Position numbers and translations under genes: made by a program | NCBI GenBank assembly: GCA_963815455.1 | Contig: CAWFGO010000001.1 | Coordinates: 1,120,001 to 1,184,000 of the forward strand | DNA length: 64,000 nucleotides | DNA from: an uncultured Verrucomicrobiae bacterium | Lineage (GTDB): Bacteria; Verrucomicrobiota; Verrucomicrobiia; Chthoniobacterales; UBA10450 | Direction: 5' to 3' | Shown here: piece by piece, positions 10,501-18,481 of the stretch | Position numbering within the stretch: position 1 is the stretch's first letter | Layout: each line of letters begins with the position of its first letter | Notes under the pieces: generated by a model | What the model was told of the DNA's origin: nothing | Databases searched by the model: none | The model's input: only the letters and a program-made list of their open reading frames with translations

Positions 10501-12970
10501 ACGGATCGGCCGGAGCAAGTGAGCCCGTTCCAAAAGTGATGCTTGGCGGAAACGGCGAAATCACAAAGAACCTTGGCGGCGTGGGATCCTCGGCCTGGAA
10601 ATTTAAATTGAGCCCACTGGCAACCGGCGGCGCAGTTTGCTGACGGATGCCGGAGACTGTGTTCCCCAAAAGCGTGCCGTCGAGCGCTACCGACGGCGCT
10701 GTAATCATCAGGTTGCCGCCGTTGCCACCCTGGGTAAAGCCCGCCTGGTAACGAGTCGGCCCTGGAAGCGGACTCCAGAATCGTTCGACCACTCCCCATT
10801 TCGGGTGAAGCACGTCGAACGTGCCGACGATTCCATCGTAAGCGCGGTCCGGCGTTGCCTGCGAAATATCGTAGATATGACCGCCCGACAAAACCTGCGT
10901 CGTGCGAACGACGCCGCCTTCGAAATTAATCCAGCCGCCGGATGTATTGACGATCGCACCCGGTTGCAACACGACGGAATCGCCGGCGGTCATCGTTAGG
11001 TTTCCGCCGTTCACGGTCAGCTCGCCGACGTTGCGCTGGACGAGGTTCACGTAACCGGCAACGTCGGCGAGCGGAGTCCCAATCCAATTCTGGCCGTTGT
11101 AGGTTCCGGTGTTGAGGATGTCGATGTAAACGCTCTGGCCCCGCAGCGGCCCGTTCCGCTGCAAAGGAAAATTCGCCAGCTCAGATCCGAGGAGTTGCGC
11201 CGCGACAATATTCTCCGTTACGGATCCAGTCACAGCTTGCGACCCGGAAAGATCGATCAGAGCATCGGCGTCGAGATAAATCTGGCCGCCCGAAGCAGTA
11301 AACCGGCTGGCCTGCGCGCCACCGCTCTGAAACGAAATCCACTTGCCGGCGGAAATCGCAACATTGGCGCTGGGCGCGAACAGGATCGAATCCGAAACTG
11401 CGTGCACAGCCAGCGCCTGGATGTTCATCTGGGAAGCCAGAGCCAGCCGGATCCCTACGATGCGCTCCGGGCTGGAATACTCCGGGACAATTTGGGTGAC
11501 GCTATCCTGTCCCAGGTTAACAAGTCCGCTCGCCGTGAACAGGAATGACGGCGGATTTGTCAGGTTCTGCGTGTTCACGAACGGGACCGCATTGTAATCG
11601 CCCAGCAAATCGATCCGGCCGTTGAGTGAGACCGACGTGCTGCTGTTGATGAAACCGATCTGATTTACGGTCTTGCCGACCAGCGTGACGTTCGCGCGCT
11701 GCGCTTCGATCAATCCGCCATTCGTCGCCCTACCGGCGTAAGGCGGAATAATCGCATTCGGATCGACAACGGCACCGACAAATGTGTCGAGACCGCGCAG
11801 ACTCGGATCGTCACTGTTGTGCGCGGCGAACCCGACCTGCAGACCGCCGGCCAGAATCGTCTGGCCATCCGGTGTTGAAATGATGCCCTCGTTATCGACA
11901 TTTGCGCCGAGAAGCGCGACCCGCCCGCCGACGTGATCCTCGGAAGTCGGCGACGAGATCTGCGCACCCGCCTGGACCGTTACGTCGCCATAATGGCCGT
12001 CGGGCGTGTTCGAGGCCGGCGGGGTGAACGCCGGTGTGCCATTTACCCCGGCCGGAATCGGCAAGGCGGTGAAAAGAAACTGATTGTCGGGATTATTGAG
12101 AAGCCCGCGCGTGATCAGGTTCGTGTTAATCGGGAGCGCCGAAGCGGTCAGAGTGTGAACGTTGACCTGCGACGAACCGCCAAAGATGATTCCATTCCCG
12201 TTCATCAGGTAAACCTGACCGAGCGCGTCGATCGAGCCGAGAATCTGCGACGGAACGCCGGAGGGATCGTTGATGAAGTTGAATGCGATCCACTGGTGGA
12301 CGTTGGCGCCGCCGGCCGTTTGATCGTACAAAAGATGCGTGTCGCGGCCGATGTTGAACGTTTGCCAGTTGAGCAATGCCTGTTGCTCGGTCTGAATGAT
12401 GGTGACGTTCGTCTGGCCGCCGTTAATCGTCTGTGTGGGCAGATCGGCGCCCTGCCAGGCGGGATTCGGCGCTACCTGTAATCCGCCGATACCCAAACCG
12501 TTCGGCACGTTTGGCAATTGCTGGCCCGGATGATTCGGATCGGCCCCGAGATTGTTCGGACCGTTCCGGGCGGCCGCTCGGGCGGCCGCTTGCATCGCGC
12601 GCACCGAGTTCAGCGCCTGGGTCGTGCGGGCGAGCGTGTCGCTGCCATTCGGTGCGCCGGCCTGGACGGCCGCCGCAGTCGGATTTCCGGCCGCGCTCCC
12701 GTGCGCTTGATTGGCCGGAGTTCCGCCGCGCAAGATGTCTCCGGCCAGCAAAACGAATCGCGGCGGAACGGCGAGGAAGAACACTAGGAAAACGCTCAAA
12801 GCGATCAGCACCGAATTCGGTCGGTGCCGGTTTCGCTTGAAAACCCCAAATCCCAAACCCCAAATCCCAGGGAAATCCCAATCCACAAATCTCAAGAATC
12901 GCTTAACGTTTCTTGAAGATTGAAGCTTGATGTTTCCCCGGTGCTTGGGGTTTGGCGATTGGTGCTTCAT
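1583..12970 (-). CDS. Giant filamentous haemagglutinin-like TpsA exoprotein (~3,795 aa) with DUF3739-like C-terminus
   Basis: TPS-domain motifs ALLNWQTFNIG and MNGNGIIFG; G/N/T/S-rich beta-helix repeats; C-terminal DVDLIAPNGTIDAGDAGIRVSGNL...ISVEVIGYGG. Start set at ATG 12970, which overlaps the upstream stop (ATGA). Confidence 0.9.
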   Translation of the reverse strand: MKHQSPNPKHRGNIKLQSSRNVKRFLRFVDWDFPGIWGLGFGVFKRNRHRPNSVLIALSVFLVFFLAVPPRFVLLAGDILRGGTPANQAHGSAAGNPTAAAVQAGAPNGSDTLARTTQALNSVRAMQAAARAAARNGPNNLGADPNHPGQQLPNVPNGLGIGGLQVAPNPAWQGADLPTQTINGGQTNVTIIQTEQQALLNWQTFNIGRDTHLLYDQTAGGANVHQWIAFNFINDPSGVPSQILGSIDALGQVYLMNGNGIIFGGSSQVNVHTLTASALPINTNLITRGLLNNPDNQFLFTALPIPAGVNGTPAFTPPASNTPDGHYGDVTVQAGAQISSPTSEDHVGGRVALLGANVDNEGIISTPDGQTILAGGLQVGFAAHNSDDPSLRGLDTFVGAVVDPNAIIPPYAGRATNGGLIEAQRANVTLVGKTVNQIGFINSSTSVSLNGRIDLLGDYNAVPFVNTQNLTNPPSFLFTASGLVNLGQDSVTQIVPEYSSPERIVGIRLALASQMNIQALAVHAVSDSILFAPSANVAISAGKWISFQSGGAQASRFTASGGQIYLDADALIDLSGSQAVTGSVTENIVAAQLLGSELANFPLQRNGPLRGQSVYIDILNTGTYNGQNWIGTPLADVAGYVNLVQRNVGELTVNGGNLTMTAGDSVVLQPGAIVNTSGGWINFEGGVVRTTQVLSGGHIYDISQATPDRAYDGIVGTFDVLHPKWGVVERFWSPLPGPTRYQAGFTQGGNGGNLMITAPSVALDGTLLGNTVSGIRQQTAPPVASGLNLNFQAEDPTPPRFFVISPFPPSITFGTGSLAPADPFALDAMGNPLPLRDDRRQQVILSPDLVNANGFGNLSVDNRDGDVSIPVDVSLTTSVGGSVQIKAANLDLEGRITVPGGMIALNVYDISRATLNALAIDPNPMTPPPDPTRGHLVLGSTALLSAAGMITDLRPTAITPPGDTYTANGGNITVAGYDVTLAPGSTIDVSGGVTVSGAGQITYGSGGAISIRAGQDLSIPSVIGGDFALNSALSGFSGGKGASLSILAPSVQIGGTPPGFDALLLAPDFFNQGGFTNFTIAGIGAPTGQTDVFVPGVVIAENTTIQPVQQSFLAQLDPNGRGTLALTPIILPQGVRRPVNLSFGAAGVVDTIRPTDQKFVRGDFVMGAGAIIETDPLATISINADTAAVLGSIISPGGQISIAGGGTTVALFHDASHPLPTIDLGPESLLSVAGTTLLTPSSLGLRTGSVLAGGNITVSGNIVAENGSVLDVSGASGILDLAPGYSGRSPNGSIRGARFIPTRVDSNGGSITFNGAQELFTDATLLGAAGGPGAMGGSLSISSERFLAPGTFATPLDDSLVVTQSGPTIPAPFYGPGENAIGHLVVDTLGNPIFGEGYFAADTFNNSGLASLTLKPKTNGAVRFSGPVTINADRGLVVALGGVIRANDVVNLNAPYVALGTAFRPPFAAQEPTNAFTVGSAPFYFPATPGSGNVSVTANLIDVGNLSLQNISNLTLVADEGDVRGDGTLDVAGNISITAGQIYPTTETQFTISANSITLAGSGTRSLPLSAGGQLNLYAATINDAGVLRAPLGAINIGFDGTGTAPINQISGQPFGITQQVNLLDGSVTSVSAVDPITGKSLIIPFGVNATGASWLDPAGNDIALVGVPEKSVTIAAANVSDQAGSTIDIRGGGNEYAYQFNSGVGGTIDILDSSNSFAIIPGYQATYSPYGAFNSAAGTPGYVNTNLQVGDQVYLTGSKGVPAGNYTLLPARYALLPGAFLVTPRSGVPTSNSRQPDGSRIVSGYRFSGFNPPSSQPIFSLFEVASQKVVRNRAEYIDFFANAFLRQNALDRGLAVQRLPIDSGHVLFDATQTMSIFGSLLSQAPTGGRGGLVDISSPLDILIAGPGVVGNGGELVLDSSGLSGFGAESLLIGGFRGGTTSDGTPVTVTTNNITVDNAGAPLTGPDVIVVANQSLTLADNADIEAIGSLTSADSLLLGDPAVAGSGNGVLLRVSADPLAQFTRVSITSSNVPHENIGANAIISGTSVTLDSTFATSLDPTAVLSGSAVNLGSGQISIQLPDGAMPQGTSGLILSGVALENLQSVDALSLLSYSSIDIYGTGTLTAANSLALHAGEIRGFNNGGVVDFVGQTITLDNSANATVPGPVAGQNGTLQFDAATIQLGANQLNIDQFANVVLNASEKVLLQGAGGTAIQGDLTIAAPVIVGAQRASQTISATGMVDLQPLAGASPAPTSGLGASLNISGSSIADNIDIVLPSGALTLHATSGDVTVGNLSTTSIDVGGTAQTFFDLVKYTSGGQVNLVADQGSVNIGANGSINVGAQPGGGNAGILSVSTPNGSFIVDNNATLNGAGGTNGRNGTFVLDVGSLPALGSLSSILNAAAFNESRSIRVRNGDVLVDGTATSHDFNLSTDQGSITVSGTIDASGVTGGSIDLNASGSLVLPSGALLTVAAQEFDSAGKGGAVSLAAGSQINGIFDSSAVLDLQTGSTIDLSVIAIAALGDFTGSLHLRAPQLADSSDLQVNPINATIIDPSKIVVEGYKLFDLTGSGALNSTVQNMILTNGNTFVGPAGTTTGNYTAMLNRLFANNQGLVPVAIIEAGAEIINRTGDLTLGSTGSSSSSDWNLSTYRFGPNSAPGQLTLRAAGNIVFYNALSDGFDSSAYNSSLLIQNPLLPANEQSWSFHLAAGADLGAADFHQVQPMSILGPNSGSVLLGKDYGVNTVSNGGGGALTSTVAATRYQVIRTGSGDIDIAAGRDVRLLNQLATIYTAGTQVADPGLGGMFDVPVPNFAGQNAFSPLGIAQQTPAYPAQYSLAGGNITIAARGDIIHQTQIAGQVVDDSSRELPANWLYRRGFVDPSTGLFGQVTGNGTNDIGSTTWWIDFSNFFEGVGALGGGNVSLTAGHDVRNIDAVAPTNARMPGVVPNASSLVELGGGDVIVRAGNNLDGGAYYVERGHGSLVAGNEIRTNASRSPSLGNLDPIGGVLAEETWLPTTLFVGKGSFDVAAGGDLLLGPVANPFLLPGGINNSYWYKTYFSTYAASSRVTAESLTGDVNLRQTVTLNDGSILPVLQAWFDRVLLFSGNARPSWVQPWLRLDETNVTAFPTVLSLLAPAMRVTAFAGDLNVQGGLTLFPAAIGTVDLVARGGINGLQPDGVFGNADTVWIPSRINLSDADPNRLPALTTPFAYRSTLAVPSSRPLNSSSTTDFLNGLSAFFAETGSTQGAAGVLQNKQALHAPGPLHLNDPDPIHLYAGSGDISGFTLFTGKAARIVAGRDITDIAFYIQNVSIDDISLVAAGRDLVAYDPSSALRLLANAPGNLTDSPPADGDIQISGPGTIEVLAGRNFDLGVGPNNADGTAVGLVSIGNGRNPYLPFEGANIIAGAGIGISSGLSQSNLDFAAFESQFLNPNTAGDQADRYLPELGKLLGLTGATNAHIWKQFQLLPDEQQDALALDIFYLVLRNSGRDRNDPGSLNFGRFDDGFAAIAALFPESVSWRGDISLTSREIKTRNGGNIDIFAPGGQLTVGLTVGGNALDQGILTEHGGNISIFTHNSVNVGTSRIFTLRGGNEMIWSSFGDIAAGASSKTVQSAPPTRVLIDPQSADVQTDLAGLATGGGIGVLETVAGVPPADVDLIAPNGTIDAGDAGIRVSGNLNLAAVIVLNSSNIQVGGSSAGVPAVAAPNLGGLAVASNATGAASTAAQQLAGQTAPAPQEDVPSIISVEVIGYGGGEEENDDEKRKKKKKEQEQEDQPQSSADENTVRLSQLPPKKSQDGSF
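12838..12967. repeat. Two-armed heptamer-periodic repeat (AAACCCC/AAATCCC arm plus a complementary TTGGxxx arm) in frame at the TpsA N-terminus
   Basis: aaacccc aaatccc aaacccc aaatccc at 12841-12868; G/T-rich 7-periodic arm at about 12913-12967. Confidence 0.7.
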
Positions 12971-13575
12971 TGCCCATCCGATTTGGCTCGATGATCGTCG
13001 ATCTTGTCCTTGTAATCCTGGACAAGGTTTTCCAGTTTTACTCGCGAAATACCGGTGAACGGTTCCCGTGCCGCCAGCGCGTCGCCCAATCCGAACTTTT
13101 CGTAACGGGTCAGGATCTCGTTCCCGAGGCGCCACAGCGCGAGGTTCTTTCGCTCTCGATCCTCCACTTTCCGTTTGAGAATAATGTTCTCGCCCGCCAG
13201 CCTCGCCCGCTCCGATTCGCTCTTCTTTGCATCCGTGCTCAACTGGTCGTAGGCGGTTTTCCATTTGGCCAGCGATTCTTTCGTATCGGCCAACTCCTTT
13301 TCCTGCGTCTCCGCTTTAGTGGTCAGCTCGTCGAGCTCTTTCTTGTCCTCGGCCGCCTGCTTGGTTAGAGCGTCCACCTTTGCCGTAAGCGTTTTCTTTT
13401 CCTGCTCGAACTGCGCTTTGTCGCTCAGGAGATTGTTGCGCTCCGTTTCGGCGGAACGCAGACGTTGAGTAAGCGCTTGCAACGTTTGCTTGAGCCGCGC
13501 GTCATCGGCATTGGCGTTGTTGGCAAACAAACAAATGACAACGATCAGGGCGAGGGATTGGATTTTTCTTTTCAT
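12967..13575 (-). CDS. Exported coiled-coil protein of the TPS/ExbBD cluster
   Basis: Signal peptide, long heptad coiled coil, C-terminal REPFTGISRVKLENLVQDY; stop-start overlaps on both sides. Confidence 0.75.
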   Translation of the reverse strand: MKRKIQSLALIVVICLFANNANADDARLKQTLQALTQRLRSAETERNNLLSDKAQFEQEKKTLTAKVDALTKQAAEDKKELDELTTKAETQEKELADTKESLAKWKTAYDQLSTDAKKSESERARLAGENIILKRKVEDRERKNLALWRLGNEILTRYEKFGLGDALAAREPFTGISRVKLENLVQDYKDKIDDHRAKSDGQ

Positions 13576-15462
13576 TAGAATTTGGCGTTGAAGTCGCAGA
13601 ACAAAATGTTGTTACGGAAAGGCGGGCCGCCGATCTCGTCCGCGCTGGCCCAACGCAAGGCCAGGGAAACGTGCGGAGAGAGCGCGACTGCGCCGAAGAG
13701 GTCATACCCTTTGAGGTTGGTGCCGCCGCCGCCGAAATCGGAGTCGTTAAACACGTCGGGAGTCGCGTCCGATTCGATGTAGCGGTAACTGATGCCCGCT
13801 GTCCAATCCCAGCGCTTCTCCAAGGCGGCGTGACCAACTCTCATTCCAACAATCCAGCCCACATTGCCGCCATCGAACCGTCCGGTGCTGGTCGGTTTTG
13901 GATGTGATCCCGTCAGGATGCGGTTATTGATGCCGATCGCGTTCACATCGCTCCAGTCGAACGCCGTGTTCACAATAAATTCGCCAAACAGCGTCAGGTG
14001 AACAGGATCGAAGTGCGCGTAATCGAGACTGGTGGCGATATCGAATACGCGAAATGGCGTGGCCAATCCGAAATATTGGAACTGTTTTGAGTGACCGAAG
14101 TCGTTGTCAGCCACAGGAAGAATGTTCCGAATCGGGAAATAGGTGTTCCCTTTCTGCGCGAACGATGGCCGGCTATCGTCGGTGTTTCCCTGGTCCGAGG
14201 TCGTTAGCGGAACGAACGGATCGGAGAGTTTCCCTTCGATGTTATAGAAGTGGTAGAAGGCGGCCGCGATCTTGGTGCTGAAATCCTTGTCGCAGCGCCA
14301 GTTCACACCCGCCTGGAGTCCGTAAAGGAATTTGTCTTCGCTGGAGAATTTGTCCGGCTGATTCGATGAAAAATTGAAGTCGGTGTTGAACACCGGGAAA
14401 ATACCGGCGGCTCCGAACCCGGTTATGCCATCGGCAACCTGATGCTTCCCCGTGAAAGCGAGGCCGTCCCAGCCAAGATCGACATCCCACATCAACTCGC
14501 TGACGGTGTAGAACGGGTTGTCGAACCGGCCGATCTCGCCCATGTAATCGCCCAGTTCGTTGTTGCTATAATCGTAGCGGACAAACGCGCGATCGAGCCA
14601 GATGGCGTACTTGCTGAAGTTGCCGCCCTGCCCGTTGTTGGCGACGCCGAGCGATCTGGTTGGTTGAGGTTGGCGTGCTCGATTCGCCGGTGGCGATACG
14701 AACGCCCATGGTGAATCCGTCATCCAGCGCCATCGAGGCACCGCCGCGCAGGCGGATTCGCGCCCGGTACCGATCCTCATCGACATTCAACTGCGGAGAA
14801 AAAACGATTCCCGTTACATCGTAGGGCGAGCCGGTGTTGATCGCGTTGAAATTTGGAAATGCGCCCGTGTTATCGTTGCCGGCAGGAAAGAAGGTTCCTT
14901 CGAAACGAAGACGGAGATCGGCGAAGGGCGTGATCCGCGACACCCACGTAGGAAATGTTCTCGGGTTCGCCCAGTTTTCATTACGCGCCTGCTCCATCAC
15001 GTCGGCCCGGATTTCGTCGCGTAATTGCTGCTTCACGACTTCGGGAACGTAGGAAACGCTCACCGCGTCCTCTTCGTCCGATGAGTCGGCTTCCGTTCCT
15101 CCTTCAGCCGGTGCTCCCGGCTCGGCGCCGGCGTTCGATGTCGATCTTTTTCCTTTGGCTGCCGCGCGCGCGGTGGCGGCGTCACTTTCCGCTACCTTGA
15201 TCAAATCCTCGGCGTCTCCTTCGTTGAGCAAGCCGCGCTCCACCATTCGGTGAAGCAAATTGATCGTGACATTCTCCGACGGCGTTGGCTTCGGCGCAGG
15301 CGCCACGTCGGCGACGGAGAGATTCGGCTCCGTGGCCTGGGCCGCGCTGGAGCCCGCCGCGAAAAGATTTGGGGCGGCCGCCTGTTGCGCCATGGTTGGG
15401 GTCGCCGCGCAAAAGAACGAGGCGAGGATCGTGAAGATGAATCGTTTGTTAGGTAGAAGCAT
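13575..15462 (-). pseudogene. Putative outer-membrane porin with a 1-nt frameshift at about 14655
   Basis: Two ORFs join as ...PTSTNQ-SLGVANNGQGGNFSK...; contains DLRLRFE and DSDFGGGGTNLKGY; ends in Phe (DFNAKF). Confidence 0.8.
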
Positions 15463-15477
15463 TGTGAAATGGATCGG

Positions 15478-16161
15478 TTAATGGGGACGTCGCGCGGTGA
15501 CTCGCAGCGTGATCGGTGATGGCATCCCGGGAGGCGGCGGTTCCTGCAATTGCAAGCCGGAGAGGACCTCGTTGCGCAAGGCGCTGTCGAGCGATGGATC
15601 GCCGGTCGAATCGGCGAGCTGGACCCGGTCAATTCGTCCGCTCACATCCGGCCAGACCCGCACCTTGATGCTCATGTTGGCGGTGCGCGTTTTCGGATTG
15701 CGCTGCAACGCCTGTTGAATGCGCGACTGCACCTGCCCGGCGTACCAACTCCATTTGCCGGCGTCGCCGTTGCCGCCAATGCGACCGTTCCCGCTCCCGC
15801 TGCCAAGGCCAAAGTTGTCCCCGTTGCCATCGCCTTTGATCCCGGTGCCCAGCGGCGGCTCGTCTTTTGGCGCTTCTTCCTTGGGCGCTTCTTCCTTAAT
15901 CATCGGTTCTTCGATCTTACGCTCGTCCATCTGCGGCGGCGGAGGTGGCGGCGTCATCACCGGCGGCGGTGGCGGTGGCGCGATGCTGACCAGCGTAAGT
16001 GTGTCGCGCTTGGACGATCCGCCGCCCGAGGCGAACTTCGCCATTACAACAATGCCAGCGAGCACAACGCCCGTGACAATGATCGCGATCCGGAACCGCT
16101 TTAAGAAATTCTGCGGCCGCGCCTCCGGCTCATCGTCGAACTCGTTGTCGATGTCGCTCAT
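15478..16161 (-). CDS. TonB family protein
   Basis: N-terminal TM helix, Pro-rich linker, C-terminal domain with STGDPSLDSALR. Confidence 0.85.
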   Translation of the reverse strand: MSDIDNEFDDEPEARPQNFLKRFRIAIIVTGVVLAGIVVMAKFASGGGSSKRDTLTLVSIAPPPPPPVMTPPPPPPQMDERKIEEPMIKEEAPKEEAPKDEPPLGTGIKGDGNGDNFGLGSGSGNGRIGGNGDAGKWSWYAGQVQSRIQQALQRNPKTRTANMSIKVRVWPDVSGRIDRVQLADSTGDPSLDSALRNEVLSGLQLQEPPPPGMPSPITLRVTARRPH

Positions 16162-16559
16162 TTGCCCTGCGGTTTTGTAGCCAGCCCAATTTGCGAAATG
16201 CCAACGCGGCCGACCACGTCGAGCACATCCATCACCGCCTGGTACTGAGTAAGACTGTCGCCCCTAACGACTACCGGAAATTCCGGCGTCTGGGCTTTTT
16301 GCGAGCTCAGTCTTTGCTCCAACTCGGGGATGGTGACCGGAACAGTATCAAGAAAGATTTTCCCTTCGTTATTGATCGTGATCGCCTTGGTCTGCGGTTT
16401 GGCCAAGCTCGGTGTCTGGCTCGCCTTGGGCAGGTTCACCTTCAATCCCTGCACCGTGGCCGTGGTCATCAGGATGAAGATGACCAAAAGCACGTAAGCG
16501 AGATCCAACATCGGCGTGATGTTGATCTCATCGTATGGTTTGTCTTCCTGGATTTGCAT
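16158..16559 (-). CDS. exbD: Biopolymer transporter ExbD
   Basis: EINITPMLDLAYVLLVIFIL; VVVRGD...YQAVMDVLD. Confidence 0.92.
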   Translation of the reverse strand: MQIQEDKPYDEINITPMLDLAYVLLVIFILMTTATVQGLKVNLPKASQTPSLAKPQTKAITINNEGKIFLDTVPVTIPELEQRLSSQKAQTPEFPVVVRGDSLTQYQAVMDVLDVVGRVGISQIGLATKPQGK

Positions 16560-16592
16560 GACGCCCGGGTGGTGTCGATCTTCGGTTTCGCG

Positions 16593-18458
16593 TCAGGCGA
16601 TCTCCAATTCCATCTCGGTTTCGTGATGACGCTGGCCGTTGCCGTTATTGCTGCGGCCGCCGTAGTGCTCGGCGATTTTGGTGACAAATTCGTCGATGAA
16701 GATGTGCATGTCGCTGGCTGCTTCCTTCACCTTCGATTGGAGATAGTTGTAGCCGAACAACGCCGGGATCGCGACGGCCAGGCCGGCCACGGTGGCGGCG
16801 AGCGCGGCGGCGATGCCGGGAGCGATCGCGTTCACGTTCACGTCTCCCTGCGCGGCAATGGCGGCGAACGTGATCATCACGCCGATAACCGTGCCTAACA
16901 ATCCAAGGAATGGACCGCCCGAGATGGCGATCGTTAACAGCACCATCAAGTCGCTCAGCTTTTGCGTTTCCTTCACCAACGCGCCATCGAGCATCGCCCG
17001 GATGGCCTGAATCGATCTGGCGGAGAGGAGATGCGATTCCGCCGCGCCTTCCACGGCCAGCCGGTGCCGGACTTCTTCCGCGCCGATCTTATAGATCCGA
17101 TAAACCGAAGCGAATCTTACGATTTGCCGTTCGCGATTGTCGATCCTGCCACCCAGCGAAAGAACTTTGCGCGCGTCCCGCTGGTCCAGAAAACTCAGGT
17201 CTGCGGCCACATCCTTCCAATCACGAAAGAACTGATTGTTCCCGGCAATAGTGGCCGAGAGATACTTCGCCTTGTTCACCATCACGACCCAGCTGATGGC
17301 GGACATCACCACCAGAACGCAGATCACCAGCCAGCCGTCGAGAGTGAGCGAGCTGAGAATAATGCCGACATATCCCCCGCTGAACCAGCTCGTGCGTGTT
17401 TCGTCATTCGCAAACGCGAACAGCTTCGAGCCTTTGTCCGGGCCCTGATTCATCGCCGCGACCTTGATGAAGCCGGCCGAGCGCGCCGTATTTGAAATCT
17501 CAAGCTCATCCATCTCGCCCGCGAACCCGGTGCCGCCATTGGCATCGCCGCCCAATGAAAGCGCCGCCGTGGAAGGCGGCAGGGGCGTGTTCAAGGTGGC
17601 CGTGCTCTGGCCATCTATATATAGAGTGATTGTCGATTCTTTGGCCGTGGCCGCGATATGATGCCAACCCCCAGCCGTCAGCGGCGGTGCGCCTGCCGTT
17701 CGCGTGCCGTTTACGTCGACAAACGGAACGCCGTTGTCGGCGCCGATAACAAGATTGTCACGCCGGAAAATGATCGCATTTGATTGATTGGCCACCGGTT
17801 TCACCCAGATCGACCAGGTCATCTCCCCGCCTTCGGTCCAGGCCAGCGATTCCGAGTTTGGAATCGTGACCGGGTTTGTCCCGTCGAACCGCACGCCCGG
17901 CCCAATCAACGCGCCCATTACCGGAACGGCAGCATTCTGCGCGTTGTTAGCGTAGGTGGTGAAATCGTGCGCCGCCGCGTTGTTTTCGTTGAAATGATAA
18001 ACCAACGCCGTTTTGACGTCGTAGGTCGCTTTCGGATCGTCGGCCCGGATCGCTTTCGAACCGAGATTGCCATAATACATCCAGAACGTCGTCTTCGCGC
18101 CCGCCTTGATGTCGGGAACGTTCACCCAAACGAACGCTTCATTGAGAATCCCATCGTATTTTTCGATGTGATAGCTCAACAGCGTCTTGTCGTCGGCGGC
18201 CACAAACCGGATGTCGCTGCCGTCTTCCTTCGCCTCGGTGAATCGGAAATTGCCGTCATGCAGACGGATCAGAATCGGCGTGGCGCCAATCGGATCGGCA
18301 ATGGCCGCGCCGTTGGTCGAGGTATCGATGTCGATCTTCTTTCGAACGGTCCACTCCTTGTTCCACCACGAAGCATCGGCGTCGCTCGGGGCCAGAAACA
18401 AAACGGCGGCGACGATTACAATGAGCGGGCATGTCGATCTAAAAAGATTTGTCTTCAT
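16593..18458 (-). CDS. DUF2341 + LamG-like + MotA/TolQ/ExbB fusion protein
   Basis: WWNKEWTVRKKI and DGSDIRFV (DUF2341-like); WHHIAAT..LYIDG (LamG-like); GGPFLGLLGTVIGVM and GIAAALAATVAGLAVAIPA (ExbB). Alternative TTG start at 18485. Confidence 0.88.
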   Translation of the reverse strand: MKTNLFRSTCPLIVIVAAVLFLAPSDADASWWNKEWTVRKKIDIDTSTNGAAIADPIGATPILIRLHDGNFRFTEAKEDGSDIRFVAADDKTLLSYHIEKYDGILNEAFVWVNVPDIKAGAKTTFWMYYGNLGSKAIRADDPKATYDVKTALVYHFNENNAAAHDFTTYANNAQNAAVPVMGALIGPGVRFDGTNPVTIPNSESLAWTEGGEMTWSIWVKPVANQSNAIIFRRDNLVIGADNGVPFVDVNGTRTAGAPPLTAGGWHHIAATAKESTITLYIDGQSTATLNTPLPPSTAALSLGGDANGGTGFAGEMDELEISNTARSAGFIKVAAMNQGPDKGSKLFAFANDETRTSWFSGGYVGIILSSLTLDGWLVICVLVVMSAISWVVMVNKAKYLSATIAGNNQFFRDWKDVAADLSFLDQRDARKVLSLGGRIDNRERQIVRFASVYRIYKIGAEEVRHRLAVEGAAESHLLSARSIQAIRAMLDGALVKETQKLSDLMVLLTIAISGGPFLGLLGTVIGVMITFAAIAAQGDVNVNAIAPGIAAALAATVAGLAVAIPALFGYNYLQSKVKEAASDMHIFIDEFVTKIAEHYGGRSNNGNGQRHHETEMELEIA

Positions 18459-18481
18459 ATGGATTGGCTGTGGCAGGAGTT

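Noticed and set aside
1808..12900. Many antisense and alternate-frame ORFs over tpsA and other genes
   Set aside because: Shadow ORFs expected in GC-rich coding DNA; no recognisable motifs
12971..13264. 98-aa N-terminal extension of TpsA in the ORF track
   Set aside because: It overlaps the coiled-coil gene in another frame; the ATGA-coupled start at 12970 is more plausible
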